From an uncultured Gammaproteobacteria bacterium (GTDB lineage Bacteria > Pseudomonadota > Gammaproteobacteria > CAWCPV01): a stretch of DNA of 64,000 bases. The notes under the pieces are model-generated. The model was not told the DNA's origin. It searched no databases and saw only the letters and a list, made by a program, of their open reading frames with translations. Location: the NCBI GenBank assembly GCA_963797555.1, contig CAWCPV010000013.1:32001-96000 (forward strand), in the 5' to 3' direction. The first letter of the stretch is position 1, and each line of letters starts with the position of its first letter. A program made the position numbers and the translations under genes. Below, one piece after another: positions 9,005 through 18,301 of the stretch.

Positions 9005-12000
9005 TCACAGCGCGCGATTGCCCTGTAATAATCTCATCAGCCATTTGTAAATCCAGCACAAAAAGATTTTTAGCATATCAGGACAATATGGCCAAAACGT
9101 CTTTGCTTTTCCGGTTTTCTTGAAGCCTACGCCAGACACGCTGACACCGGGTGTGGCGAGAGGCTTGAAGTCGCTATCACGCGTACGACCACTTGTGTCG
9201 GTGATGCGGATTGCCGCGGCCGCCTTAAGACCGGCCCGCCTCAAACTAAAGGACTGTGTCGTGCCCGCCGATTTTCCGAGCAGTATCCAAGAATCGCACA
9301 GGCCCCCATGCGCTGCCTCCACGGTATAGGATCGCAGATCCATGTCTGGCCGCACGAAAACGGTGACATCGTCGTCGCCCTGGGCGAGAATCGCTTCCTT
9401 CCGGACGCCGCCCGTCAGCGACCCACGCGCGCCCAGCGACACAAATGTATCCGGCGGCTTCTTTGAGATGTCCCCGAGCGCAGCCTCCGGATTCGCATGC
9501 TGGTTGGCGCCTTGGGCCGCTTCGGCGCCCTTCAGGAATTGGACGACCTTATCCGCCCAGCGCAATTGGCCCACCGGCGGCAGAGTCTGCTGTTGAATCA
9601 CCTGGCCGCCGAAGGACACGCCCAGGACAGGCGTCGCGCCGGGAGCAAACGTCAGTTGGCGGGTGTAGGTGCCATCGAGGTTGCTGACGAGCGGACCGGC
9701 GAAGTTGCCGTCCTGCACGGTCAAGTCAAAGCCGGGGGAGGTGCCCGGATCGACCAGCAACACGTTGCGAAAGCGATCGCCCGGAGCGACCACCACCTGC
9801 GCAGTGCCCGGTTGTCCGAACCGCACGTCAAGGAGGGTGAAAGCCGGATCCGGCCGTACCAAAACGTTGGTGGTGATCTTTGCCTCTCGCCGGAAGCTGC
9901 TTCCATCCTCGGTCACACCGGTGGCCGTAACGTAGAAGGTGCGCATCTCCGGCATGGAGGTGTCCGTAATCGTAGCGCGGTATGTACCGACGCCTCCCGA
10001 ATCGATCATAGCCGTGTTGCTTTGGACTTTGCCGCCCGGGAAGAACATGCCTGCCAGTGCGGCTCCCACTGTCTTGATCAAGAGCGGCGTGCTGTCCCCT
10101 TTTACTTTCTCGGCGGCCTGCTTTAACGCACTAGCCGGCACGTTTAGCCCGGCGAGCCAGTTGGCCTCCGATTGCTGGGGCGCGGTCGTGGACAGGATTA
10201 CCCCGGCGCCCTTGATGGGGCTGCCAGCAGCAGTAAGGCGTGCTGAAACCTGGATCGGATCGCCTGCGTAGAATACCGGCTGATCCAGCCGTAACTCCAT
10301 ACGCAGATCCGAATCCACGATGATGTCATAATCGTAATTTTCCAGGCCCGTTTCACTGTCGCTCAGCTCGGGACTGAGAACACGCAGGGTCCACGTGCCA
10401 TAACGCGGCCGGGTTGGATCGGCGGCGTTCCGCAGGAAGTCCGGACCGACCATATACAGTTGCGATCGATCGCCGCTGGTGAAAGTGACGTCAGGAAACA
10501 CCCCCTGTGCCGCAGCTTCCGGAGTTATTACGTCACAGGCGGGTGTTGTCAGCTCCAAGCGCATTCGTTGTGGGTCGGGCGTGTTCCAGGCCAAAACAAA
10601 GGCTGCCTTGTGATCGTATTTCGTTATCAAGGCAAAGTGGCGCGCCTCGGGCTGGCCGGCATGAAACACCGCCGACGGGTCGCCCGGCGATGACCCCGCC
10701 GTAACCCCGGCTTTGATCGCAGTACGGAACGCGGCTGCGATTTGCGTGCCGGTTAGGTGAGCGTCGTCAACCCGTTGATTCTGCGGCTGGCCGCTCTGCA
10801 GTGAACCGTCCACTAGATGTTGAAGCAATGTCGGATCGACGTTCGAAGCCCCAGTGACTCCATAGCCGATGGCAAACAGTGAGATATTCTGGTCCGCTAT
10901 CGAACTGCCTGCCGCTGCCGTGCCATTTGGAGGGAGGATGAACTCCGTCGGCTGATGGGTGCCGATATTTTGGGCACCATCCGTCATCAACACGAGCCAG
11001 CGCCGGTTCGCCTGCACACTGACGCTGTCGGTGGCGAAGTAGGTGGGAGGCTGGGCAAAGACACGATTGATGCCATCTCCCATCGGCGTGCCCGCAAAAA
11101 ACGGATTCACCCCCGCTATGGCCGTCTGCGCTGTCCCGATACCCGTCGCATCAATGTTGATGGGAGGATTAACCAAGTCAAACGTCGTCGGATCGGCGAA
11201 ATTTGTTTCCGGGAACCGAGCAACGCTGAACTTGCCTCGGTCCTGCCCAAATCCCAAGAGCAGCGGCAGGAAGTTGTTGTTGACCGCGTCCACCAGTTCG
11301 CCCCAGCGCGAGGTCGGCTGCGGTGGCGGCGGCAGCGGCAGAGGTGTGCCGTCGGGGAGCCAACTCATGCTGCCGGAATCGTCCAGCAGCATCACTACCT
11401 CCAAAGCTTGCGTCCTCGCCAATACCTTTAGTTGGTTGTTGTGTCCCACGGTGGTCCCTGCATTGGCATCCGCGGGCGTAATATTGACGGTGGCATTGGC
11501 GGTCGTCCCCCCATCTGGCGGCGGCGGTGCGGCCGGCGCGGTGAAAGTGACGGTCAACGGCTGCGAGTCGCCAGGATTCAACAAGCCGGGCACCGCTCCC
11601 AGGGCAAAGCTTCCGGGCAACGGGGGGTTCACGCTGTTGACGGTGAACGGGGCTGTGCCTCGGTTCGTGATCTGCACGCTTTCGCCCTTCGTTCCGTTGA
11701 TCAATACATCCCAGATGAGGGTGGTCGGCTGCAACGGGTCGATCAAGGGCGGAGTGGGCTCCACATCGATCCAGGGCTGGGCGGTGTTCGTTTCAGTGCC
11801 CGATACCACCCAGATGTAATCGCGTGCCGCCGCATCGTTATTGGTGATGGTGATTGTCCAGGTGTGCGATACGAACGCAACAAACGGGACGAAATCGATC
11901 GAGACGATGAACACGTTGTTGAAGCCAGGATCAGGCAGAATATTTGCGTCGGCTATGTAGGTTGCGCCCGAATAGATTGGCTGCGGTGTCCCGGTTAGAA

Positions 12001-12238
12001 TCGGAGAAGCTGGCCCGCCATCCGCCTGCAGGACGACACCGGGCATGCCCGCGCCGACCAGAGCGCCAACAGGATTCGACACCCCTATGCGGATGTACAT
12101 GAAGTTGTCGCCGTTTATGGAACCGACGGTTGAAGCCAGTTGCTCGATCGTTTTGGGTGCGCTTGTCGCGCCGGCTAGCACGTTGAGGGGTACGTTTGGG
12201 GGTGCGTATGTTAGATCTGGATATACATGCGGGTCCAT
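9005..12238 (-). CDS. Large VWA-domain protein with Ig-like domains; last gene of the CIS operon
   Basis: MIDAS elements LLDDSGSMS, TPMGDG, LMTDG; upstream ASH/Ig-like segment (ITNRGTAPF...LNPGDSQPLTVTF); no evident signal peptide. Confidence 0.8.
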   Translation of the reverse strand: MDPHVYPDLTYAPPNVPLNVLAGATSAPKTIEQLASTVGSINGDNFMYIRIGVSNPVGALVGAGMPGVVLQADGGPASPILTGTPQPIYSGATYIADANILPDPGFNNVFIVSIDFVPFVAFVSHTWTITITNNDAAARDYIWVVSGTETNTAQPWIDVEPTPPLIDPLQPTTLIWDVLINGTKGESVQITNRGTAPFTVNSVNPPLPGSFALGAVPGLLNPGDSQPLTVTFTAPAAPPPPDGGTTANATVNITPADANAGTTVGHNNQLKVLARTQALEVVMLLDDSGSMSWLPDGTPLPLPPPPQPTSRWGELVDAVNNNFLPLLLGFGQDRGKFSVARFPETNFADPTTFDLVNPPINIDATGIGTAQTAIAGVNPFFAGTPMGDGINRVFAQPPTYFATDSVSVQANRRWLVLMTDGAQNIGTHQPTEFILPPNGTAAAGSSIADQNISLFAIGYGVTGASNVDPTLLQHLVDGSLQSGQPQNQRVDDAHLTGTQIAAAFRTAIKAGVTAGSSPGDPSAVFHAGQPEARHFALITKYDHKAAFVLAWNTPDPQRMRLELTTPACDVITPEAAAQGVFPDVTFTSGDRSQLYMVGPDFLRNAADPTRPRYGTWTLRVLSPELSDSETGLENYDYDIIVDSDLRMELRLDQPVFYAGDPIQVSARLTAAGSPIKGAGVILSTTAPQQSEANWLAGLNVPASALKQAAEKVKGDSTPLLIKTVGAALAGMFFPGGKVQSNTAMIDSGGVGTYRATITDTSMPEMRTFYVTATGVTEDGSSFRREAKITTNVLVRPDPAFTLLDVRFGQPGTAQVVVAPGDRFRNVLLVDPGTSPGFDLTVQDGNFAGPLVSNLDGTYTRQLTFAPGATPVLGVSFGGQVIQQQTLPPVGQLRWADKVVQFLKGAEAAQGANQHANPEAALGDISKKPPDTFVSLGARGSLTGGVRKEAILAQGDDDVTVFVRPDMDLRSYTVEAAHGGLCDSWILLGKSAGTTQSFSLRRAGLKAAAAIRITDTSGRTRDSDFKPLATPGVSVSGVGFKKTGKAKTFWPYCPDMLKIFLCWIYKWLMRLLQGNRAL

Positions 12239-12257
12239 AATACTAAGCCTCGTGAGT

Positions 12258-13796
12258 TTAGGGTCCTGTAACGGTGAATGTGTCCGTGCTGACAGCCGAA
12301 CCGCCGGCCGTGGTGACGGTAATGTTGACGCCTAGGCTGCCTCCCGCGGCCACCATGTTGGGCGGTACCTGAACCGCGATCTGGGTTGCCGACGGCGCGC
12401 CGCTCAACACGGCGTTCGTGTTCCCGAACTTCACTGTAACCGGCGGGAAGTTGAAATTCTGGCCGAATAGCGTGATCAACGCGTTGCCTATGCCGCTCCT
12501 CGGTATAAACTGCGGCGAGGGAAGGACGGCGAAGGACGGCGCCGGGATGGTCACTTCCGCCGTGAAGTTATCGTCGCTGACCACGGTGCCTGCGGCGGTG
12601 CGCACCGTGATCCTGACGTCGGCGCTGGTGCTGCCGGCTGGCACCAGGCCAGCAGGCACGGGAACCACGATCTGGTTGGCCGTCGGCGTACCGGACGGCG
12701 TGGCCGTCACTGTTCCGAACTGCACTTGCAAACCGCCGGCATTGAAATTGAATCCGTTGATCGTGACCAGAGTGCCCGGCGTGCCGTGGATCGGACTGAA
12801 CTGGCCGCCCGGGTCGGCAAACGCCGGGTTTGGCAATACGGTGAAAGTGTCGTCGCTGACATCCGCGCCGCCGGCATTACGCACCGTGAGCTTGACGCCG
12901 GCTGGGGCGCCTCCTGGGGTCAGGCCAGATGGGACTTTCACTACGACCTGCGTGGGCGAGGGGGCTGCCACAATTGTTGCCGGCATATTGCCGAACAGTA
13001 CCTGGAGCGAACCGACGTTGAAGTTGGTGCCGAAGAGAGTGATCTGCTGGTTGATGACTCCACTCCTGGGCATGAACTGGGGGGTGGGTAGGTTGACGAA
13101 GGCCGGCAGTAGCACGAGTTTCTCCAGCAGACTCAGACGCCGCTCCATATCCGAAACGGTTAGGCGGGATTGGCGGAGGTCGGTGATCATGGCTGCGGTA
13201 ATGGTGTCGCTCCCTCGCGGCCGCTGCAACTGCGCCAGCGGATAATAGACGTGACCGGCAGGAGCAGCGGGAACCGGAACGCCTTCGGCAACCACCACGA
13301 CCCAGACCGGTTTCAACCGGACGGAGGTCTCGATCCCCACGTCCACGCCGTTGTTCAGATCGGAATCGACCGTACTGTCTACTTCGGTGAAAGAAACGTC
13401 GAGGTAGACGATGTCCGTGCGAGGATCCGGCTGCGCGGCCGTGGGAGTTGTCAGGGCGGGCACGCCCGCCTGGGCCTTATAGGTTGTGTTCGCCGGGATG
13501 GCGACTTCGATTCCGCCCACCATGCAGGTGCCCGGGCTTGCAGCTCCAGCCGCAATAACGAAATCCTGGGGCGCTGAGGCTGCGAGCGCTCGTATGGCGA
13601 ATCCGTCCACCCCGGCCGGGATGCCGTTTCCGATGTAGCGGGTAAACACCGAGCGCACGGTAGCGTTGATCAGGTCATGCAGCAAATTCAGATCCCGGTC
13701 CAGCAGCGGCACGCCTTGCTGGATATGGAGGCCCACATACCCTTTCTGCTGGTTCGCAACGAGAACATCTAGCGGCGACTTCGAGTAATCACTCAT
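12258..13796 (-). CDS. Putative CIS tail-fibre-like protein: DUF6519-like N-terminus plus three IPT/TIG repeats
   Basis: QQGVPLLDRDLN matches the DUF6519-type motif also seen at 42458; three ~90-aa repeats F.P.SG...IT.FG.NF...V.FG...TQI.V.VP...S.D.FT. Confidence 0.75.
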   Translation of the reverse strand: MSDYSKSPLDVLVANQQKGYVGLHIQQGVPLLDRDLNLLHDLINATVRSVFTRYIGNGIPAGVDGFAIRALAASAPQDFVIAAGAASPGTCMVGGIEVAIPANTTYKAQAGVPALTTPTAAQPDPRTDIVYLDVSFTEVDSTVDSDLNNGVDVGIETSVRLKPVWVVVVAEGVPVPAAPAGHVYYPLAQLQRPRGSDTITAAMITDLRQSRLTVSDMERRLSLLEKLVLLPAFVNLPTPQFMPRSGVINQQITLFGTNFNVGSLQVLFGNMPATIVAAPSPTQVVVKVPSGLTPGGAPAGVKLTVRNAGGADVSDDTFTVLPNPAFADPGGQFSPIHGTPGTLVTINGFNFNAGGLQVQFGTVTATPSGTPTANQIVVPVPAGLVPAGSTSADVRITVRTAAGTVVSDDNFTAEVTIPAPSFAVLPSPQFIPRSGIGNALITLFGQNFNFPPVTVKFGNTNAVLSGAPSATQIAVQVPPNMVAAGGSLGVNITVTTAGGSAVSTDTFTVTGP

Positions 13797-13817
13797 AACC
13801 CGCTCCTTTCCGCAACC

Positions 13818-15845
13818 TTATGTTTTAATAAAAACCGCTCTTTCTGTGATCGGCAGGAATTCTACCAAGACATTGGCGAGTCTGGAGAGCTTCGCGCTGA
13901 TCTGGTCCGGGTCATCGGTGCCCGTGCCCAGGAATAGTCCAATCGTGTCGCGGGCGATGCGGTCTTCGTTGGTTCGCAACCCGTTATCCCCTGCGTCGTA
14001 GGTATAAGCCAGAAAATCTTCAAACTTTCCCCGCAGCGCGAGCTTCGCGGTGTTGCGGGTGTCAGCCGTGGTTGCGCCGCAGTACCGCCCATCCAGTGTT
14101 TGCGTGGCGCCGTAAACCGTGCTGGTGTAAGCCAGGCTTTCATTCGAGCGGTACACCAGCAAAGTGCCCGCGCCGGTATCCACGGCCAGAGGTGCGCGGT
14201 TGGCGTAGGGCGTATTCGTGAGTTGCTGGGCCGCGCCCCAGGCCAGCGTGCCGATGTCCAAGGGGTCATGCCAGAGCGTCCAGCCGCCGCTCCGGGTGGA
14301 ACTGTAGAAGAGTTCGATGCCACCGTCGGGCGCCACCAGCGGGGACGGTTCGCGCTCGTGGTCGCCGGGCGCGTTCTTGGGGAGCGTGCTAACCCCTGAC
14401 CAGTCCGCCGCGGCCGGGTCGAGCCCCTGCTTGATCCGGTACGCGACAGTCCAGCGGCTCTGGCCGGGAGGCCCCCCCGCTTCGTGCCTGGCCCAGAACA
14501 CCCAGAGCCGCTGGCTGGGGCTGGTCGGATGGAACAGGACGTTGAGGTCGTTTTCGACGCGCGGGTCCTGGCCGCCGTCCGCCGGGAAGTCGAGCGCGGC
14601 CGGCAACCAGTTGGCGCCGTCGTGCCGGTTGTACTTGATTCCCCAGCCGGCAGCGGTTTGTTCCAGCCAGAAAAGCCAAAGCCCGCCGGCATTGTCCACG
14701 GCCGCCGCAGGCATGCGGCGCGCGGTGGCGGAATCGCTGAACACGGCGGCGGACGACCAGAGGCCGGCTGTGCGTGTACGAAAATTGATTCGCCACATCC
14801 GCTCGCCGGGCGGCTGGTTCGGGTCGTAGCTTTCCCAGAAAAGCCACAGACTGCTTCCTTGCAGCGCGGCGGCAGGGTGCATGTCGATGCCCGGTTGATC
14901 CACCACGGGCGCGCTTGGCTGCCATTGGCCGTCAGCAAACCGCTTGGTCCAGATGTCCCAGCCGTGGCGGCGATACGTATGGTAGAAGAGCGAGATTGAC
15001 CCATCGCTTTCGCGAATGCCGGTGGCACGTCCGTTGTAAACGAAATTCAGGGACGCCAGCGCCCGAGCGCCAAAGTTTCCGCCCACAGGCCGCAGGGCGG
15101 ACCATAGGTTCAACCGCTCGGGCTGGTTGGTGCGGGCCACGTTGTGGACGAATTCCTTGGTTTGGCTCTCCCAGTTGGTGATGCGCTTGACCGTGGCCTC
15201 CACGGTGGGGATGACGCCGACGGTCTGGTAGATCGACGGCGCGAAGCGAATCTCGTTGCGCTGCGCCCCCACTTCCAGGCTGTAATCCGTCTGCCAGCCG
15301 ATCCATTGCGCCAGCAGTGGCAGCAGGCTCCCCTCCAAGCGGGCCACGTCGTGCAAGCCCAGCGTCGCACGTGCCAGACTATAGATTTGGTCGAACTGAG
15401 AGCCCGGCAAATCCAGAAACCGGCGCAACTGCCCCTTGGTCCGGTCCTTAGGTGCCACAGCGGCATCCGAGGTAGGCTCCTGTGCTTCGTCGTAGCGATG
15501 GTACAGGGCGGGCAGCAGCGCATACATCTGCCCCGCGAAATCGTAAGGCGCGGTGGCCATGGCAGAGACGCGGTTGTGCGGGTCGATGTCATACTGGGGC
15601 GGGTCGTCGTGGAAAGCAAACAGGCCATAGTAGTAGACCGTCTCGCCTTGCAAGCCGAGGTCGGAAGCCGCGGCCAGGCCGGTGCCGTGCGCCACCACCA
15701 CGCCGTCGTCAGGTGCGAGCGGATGCGTGTCCTCGCGGCGTACCACGCGCACGCCGGGGAAAGCGTTGGGAGCCGGGTTGGTCCAGCTTAAGTCGATCCG
15801 GTTGCCGCCGGGATGGGCGAGGGCCGCGATATCGAGGAGGCGCAT
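13818..15845 (-). CDS. Baseplate wedge/tail protein (P2 gpI-like) with N-terminal FN3-like and C-terminal repeat domains
   Basis: LLPALYHRYD...LRRFL...LLPLLAQWIGW wedge motif; LSWTNP...YYYGLF FN3 signature; repeated LWLFW blades. Confidence 0.72.
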   Translation of the reverse strand: MRLLDIAALAHPGGNRIDLSWTNPAPNAFPGVRVVRREDTHPLAPDDGVVVAHGTGLAAASDLGLQGETVYYYGLFAFHDDPPQYDIDPHNRVSAMATAPYDFAGQMYALLPALYHRYDEAQEPTSDAAVAPKDRTKGQLRRFLDLPGSQFDQIYSLARATLGLHDVARLEGSLLPLLAQWIGWQTDYSLEVGAQRNEIRFAPSIYQTVGVIPTVEATVKRITNWESQTKEFVHNVARTNQPERLNLWSALRPVGGNFGARALASLNFVYNGRATGIRESDGSISLFYHTYRRHGWDIWTKRFADGQWQPSAPVVDQPGIDMHPAAALQGSSLWLFWESYDPNQPPGERMWRINFRTRTAGLWSSAAVFSDSATARRMPAAAVDNAGGLWLFWLEQTAAGWGIKYNRHDGANWLPAALDFPADGGQDPRVENDLNVLFHPTSPSQRLWVFWARHEAGGPPGQSRWTVAYRIKQGLDPAAADWSGVSTLPKNAPGDHEREPSPLVAPDGGIELFYSSTRSGGWTLWHDPLDIGTLAWGAAQQLTNTPYANRAPLAVDTGAGTLLVYRSNESLAYTSTVYGATQTLDGRYCGATTADTRNTAKLALRGKFEDFLAYTYDAGDNGLRTNEDRIARDTIGLFLGTGTDDPDQISAKLSRLANVLVEFLPITERAVFIKT

Positions 15846-15847
15846 GC

Positions 15848-17416
15848 CTAGAATCCCCCTTGGTTGGTGATCACCACGTTGGCGCCCGCGGCGTAAGCAG
15901 CATCGGCGGGCACCGCAGGAACTTCGTTTGCGGCAAGGTTGATCTTCCCGTGGGGCTCAATAACCGGCGTCGCCGTGTCCCCGCGCCGAAATTCACTGAT
16001 GTTTACATACAGCACCCCGGGTATCTGTTCGCTCACCTCGTAGAATTTGCTCAGATAGATCGTCTGGCCGAAAGTGACGTTATCGAACGCGAGCAGCGCG
16101 GCGGCCGCCTGCTGCACCTGCGATTGTATCTCGGAGCGCACGTAAAAGCTCTCCACCCCGATCTCGGCCGTCACGTAGATAGGCACGTAGTCCACGTCCT
16201 GGATCTCGACGATCTGGCTGAGTGTGCGTTTGTCTTCGAAGTAGGCCTTCAGGTTGGCCTCGAGCACGTCGCTCACTTTGCCGCCCCCTTCGGGAGCCAC
16301 ATAAAGCGTTACGGTGTTCCAGCCGGTGGCCCGCGCCTGCACTTTGCCCACGCCTGGGAAACTGAGAGCCAAAGCCTCATAGTCGGCAGCGGTGACGGCG
16401 CGCTTCAGCGAGCGGAACACCGCGGGTGCGTGCTGGACGGCATGCTGGATGGTTTCCCGGTCAGCCCCGCCGGTGGACGGATCGAAGTTGGTCACCTGCG
16501 CCCCCAAGAGCGCCAGTTGCGGCGCACCGACGATGGTTTGTATGGAGCCGGCGGGTGTGTTGCCGACAGCTCCACCGCCTACCCGGTAGGTGGCCAGAAT
16601 TTGCGCGCCGCTGGGCGGGATGTCGCCAAAGCCGCCGTCCCCGAAGACCACGGTCGATTCGTCGTTTTCATCGATCTCGATGACGTAATCCTTCTGGCCG
16701 GCCCGACTGAAGGCTAGGCTCTCTTGCAGGTTCCAGATGTCGATGACCCCTCCCAACTGGGTCAGAAGCACAATGTCGCGGCCGGTCTGCCCTGCCGTGC
16801 CGATCGGACGGAGAATCAGCTCGGGATGGGCGAGCACGAAGCGCTGGTTCGGCGAGCCGTCGGAGGTGCCGATCACCTCTGATTTGATCAGGCGTCCTTC
16901 CTCAACAGGAAGGCCTTTGTAAGTCTTCTTGCCGGTCGCAGGGTCAGCGGCAATCGTGCTGAAGTCGATCACCAGCGGCGCCTCGGGCGTGTATTCAAAG
17001 CGGATGCTGGGCTTGTTTTTCTGGCTCTTCGTCGCGAAGGCGTCGCCCTGACTCACCGTCACCACCGCGTCCACCGTCCCTGGAACGGTCACGTACAAGC
17101 CGGCGGAGGCCGGAACCGCAGTCGCCAACCTATACCCAATCAGACGGAGATGCTCGATGACGCTGCGCCGTGTACGCGCGGTGCCCAGGAAGCTTTCGTT
17201 TGCGACCCGGTCCTGGTAGTAGCTGAGAATGTCACCCATCTGTGCGAACAGTTCCAGCAAGACGTTCCCGAAATCGGCCTCGTTGGCAAAGTCCTTCCAT
17301 TCCGGCAGCTTGGATGGAACGAGAGCGTACATCGCCTGCAGCAGGCTTTCGTAGTCGCGCGCCATGTAATCGACGACCGGACTCCCGTTAATTTGCTTGA
17401 TCTCAGCCATGGCCAA
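15848..17416 (-). CDS. Baseplate J/gp47-like protein (Afp11-like)
   Basis: DYMARDYESL, DFGNVLLELFA, YYQDRVANESFLGTA, FGDG..G..P, YRVGGG..GN, RAVTAADY. Confidence 0.9.
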   Translation of the reverse strand: MAMAEIKQINGSPVVDYMARDYESLLQAMYALVPSKLPEWKDFANEADFGNVLLELFAQMGDILSYYQDRVANESFLGTARTRRSVIEHLRLIGYRLATAVPASAGLYVTVPGTVDAVVTVSQGDAFATKSQKNKPSIRFEYTPEAPLVIDFSTIAADPATGKKTYKGLPVEEGRLIKSEVIGTSDGSPNQRFVLAHPELILRPIGTAGQTGRDIVLLTQLGGVIDIWNLQESLAFSRAGQKDYVIEIDENDESTVVFGDGGFGDIPPSGAQILATYRVGGGAVGNTPAGSIQTIVGAPQLALLGAQVTNFDPSTGGADRETIQHAVQHAPAVFRSLKRAVTAADYEALALSFPGVGKVQARATGWNTVTLYVAPEGGGKVSDVLEANLKAYFEDKRTLSQIVEIQDVDYVPIYVTAEIGVESFYVRSEIQSQVQQAAAALLAFDNVTFGQTIYLSKFYEVSEQIPGVLYVNISEFRRGDTATPVIEPHGKINLAANEVPAVPADAAYAAGANVVITNQGGF

Positions 17417-17419
17417 TCC

Positions 17420-17788
17420 TCATCTGAACTGAATGCGAACTGCTTGCCGCGAAAGATCCTTGCGGCTAATGTAAGCCACCTCGATGGTGACGGTTTCGTC
17501 CACTGCTGTCACATTTACCCCGTTCACCACGAGTTGGTCGCCTAGCCAGCGGGTCAGCGCGGCGCCTACCGTAAACTCCATCGCCGCTCCCAGGATGGTG
17601 TTGGCGGGGTCGAAAACCAGGTTGAAAAGACCACACCCAAAGTCAGGGTGGTTCACCCGCTCGCCCGGAGTCGTGAACAACACCTGGATAATTTTCCCCT
17701 GAAGATCGACATCCTCGTCGGGATCCGGAATGATCGCACCCCCCGGCGAGACGGCAAAAGGGAAGCCAAAACCTGTCGCCATCCGCAT
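17420..17788 (-). CDS. GPW/gp25-family baseplate protein (Afp9-like)
   Basis: GFGFPF, ILFT.PGERV.HPDFGCGL-type motif. Confidence 0.92.
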   Translation of the reverse strand: MRMATGFGFPFAVSPGGAIIPDPDEDVDLQGKIIQVLFTTPGERVNHPDFGCGLFNLVFDPANTILGAAMEFTVGAALTRWLGDQLVVNGVNVTAVDETVTIEVAYISRKDLSRQAVRIQFR

Positions 17789-17803
17789 GTCTCCAATTTC
17801 TGC

Positions 17804-18298
17804 CTACGCTGAACAGCTCACGAAACTCTGGCCTGCGGCGGCCACAGTCGAGTTCGCTTTGCCCCCTGTGCCGTCGCAGGTGTCGATCTTGTCGCCATCC
17901 AAAAGCACCTTGACCCCGCCAATCGTCAGCAGAGCGCTGCCGGCAGCGGCGTTCGGCACGCCGATGCCGATCACGTCCTTAATTGACAGGGTGAGCGGGA
18001 TCGGCACGGGCGTTGCTGGCGTGAAACCGCTGCCGGCCGGCCCGGAATGCCCGCCCGCCGGCGGAGCCGCCTCGCCGGGATTCAGCGAACTCTTGCTCGT
18101 CAGCAGTGCGACTGGCTTGCCGCCGATCTTGACGAACGTGCTCAAACCGTCCGTCATCCCGCCCTTGTACACAAAACTGCCGATTCCCGTGTAGGGCACG
18201 GTTGGCGGCGGCGGCGCGGGATTGGTGGCGTTGCCCATCACGTTGTGCTTGTCCGTCCCCTGCACGGCGTCGCCCTGTATCACGACCTTCTTGCCCAT
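17804..18298 (-). CDS. PAAR-like spike tip protein
   Basis: Lies between gp5 and gp25; V.IGG.P repeats; GD...G.D.H and D.CD; no literal PAAR motif. Confidence 0.65.
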   Translation of the reverse strand: MGKKVVIQGDAVQGTDKHNVMGNATNPAPPPPTVPYTGIGSFVYKGGMTDGLSTFVKIGGKPVALLTSKSSLNPGEAAPPAGGHSGPAGSGFTPATPVPIPLTLSIKDVIGIGVPNAAAGSALLTIGGVKVLLDGDKIDTCDGTGGKANSTVAAAGQSFVSCSA

Positions 18299-18301
18299 CG
18301 C

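Noticed and set aside
12258-13110. DNA-level repeats as a possible CRISPR or DGR
   Set aside because: They are degenerate in-frame protein-domain repeats; no spacer pattern, cas or reverse transcriptase genes in the window.
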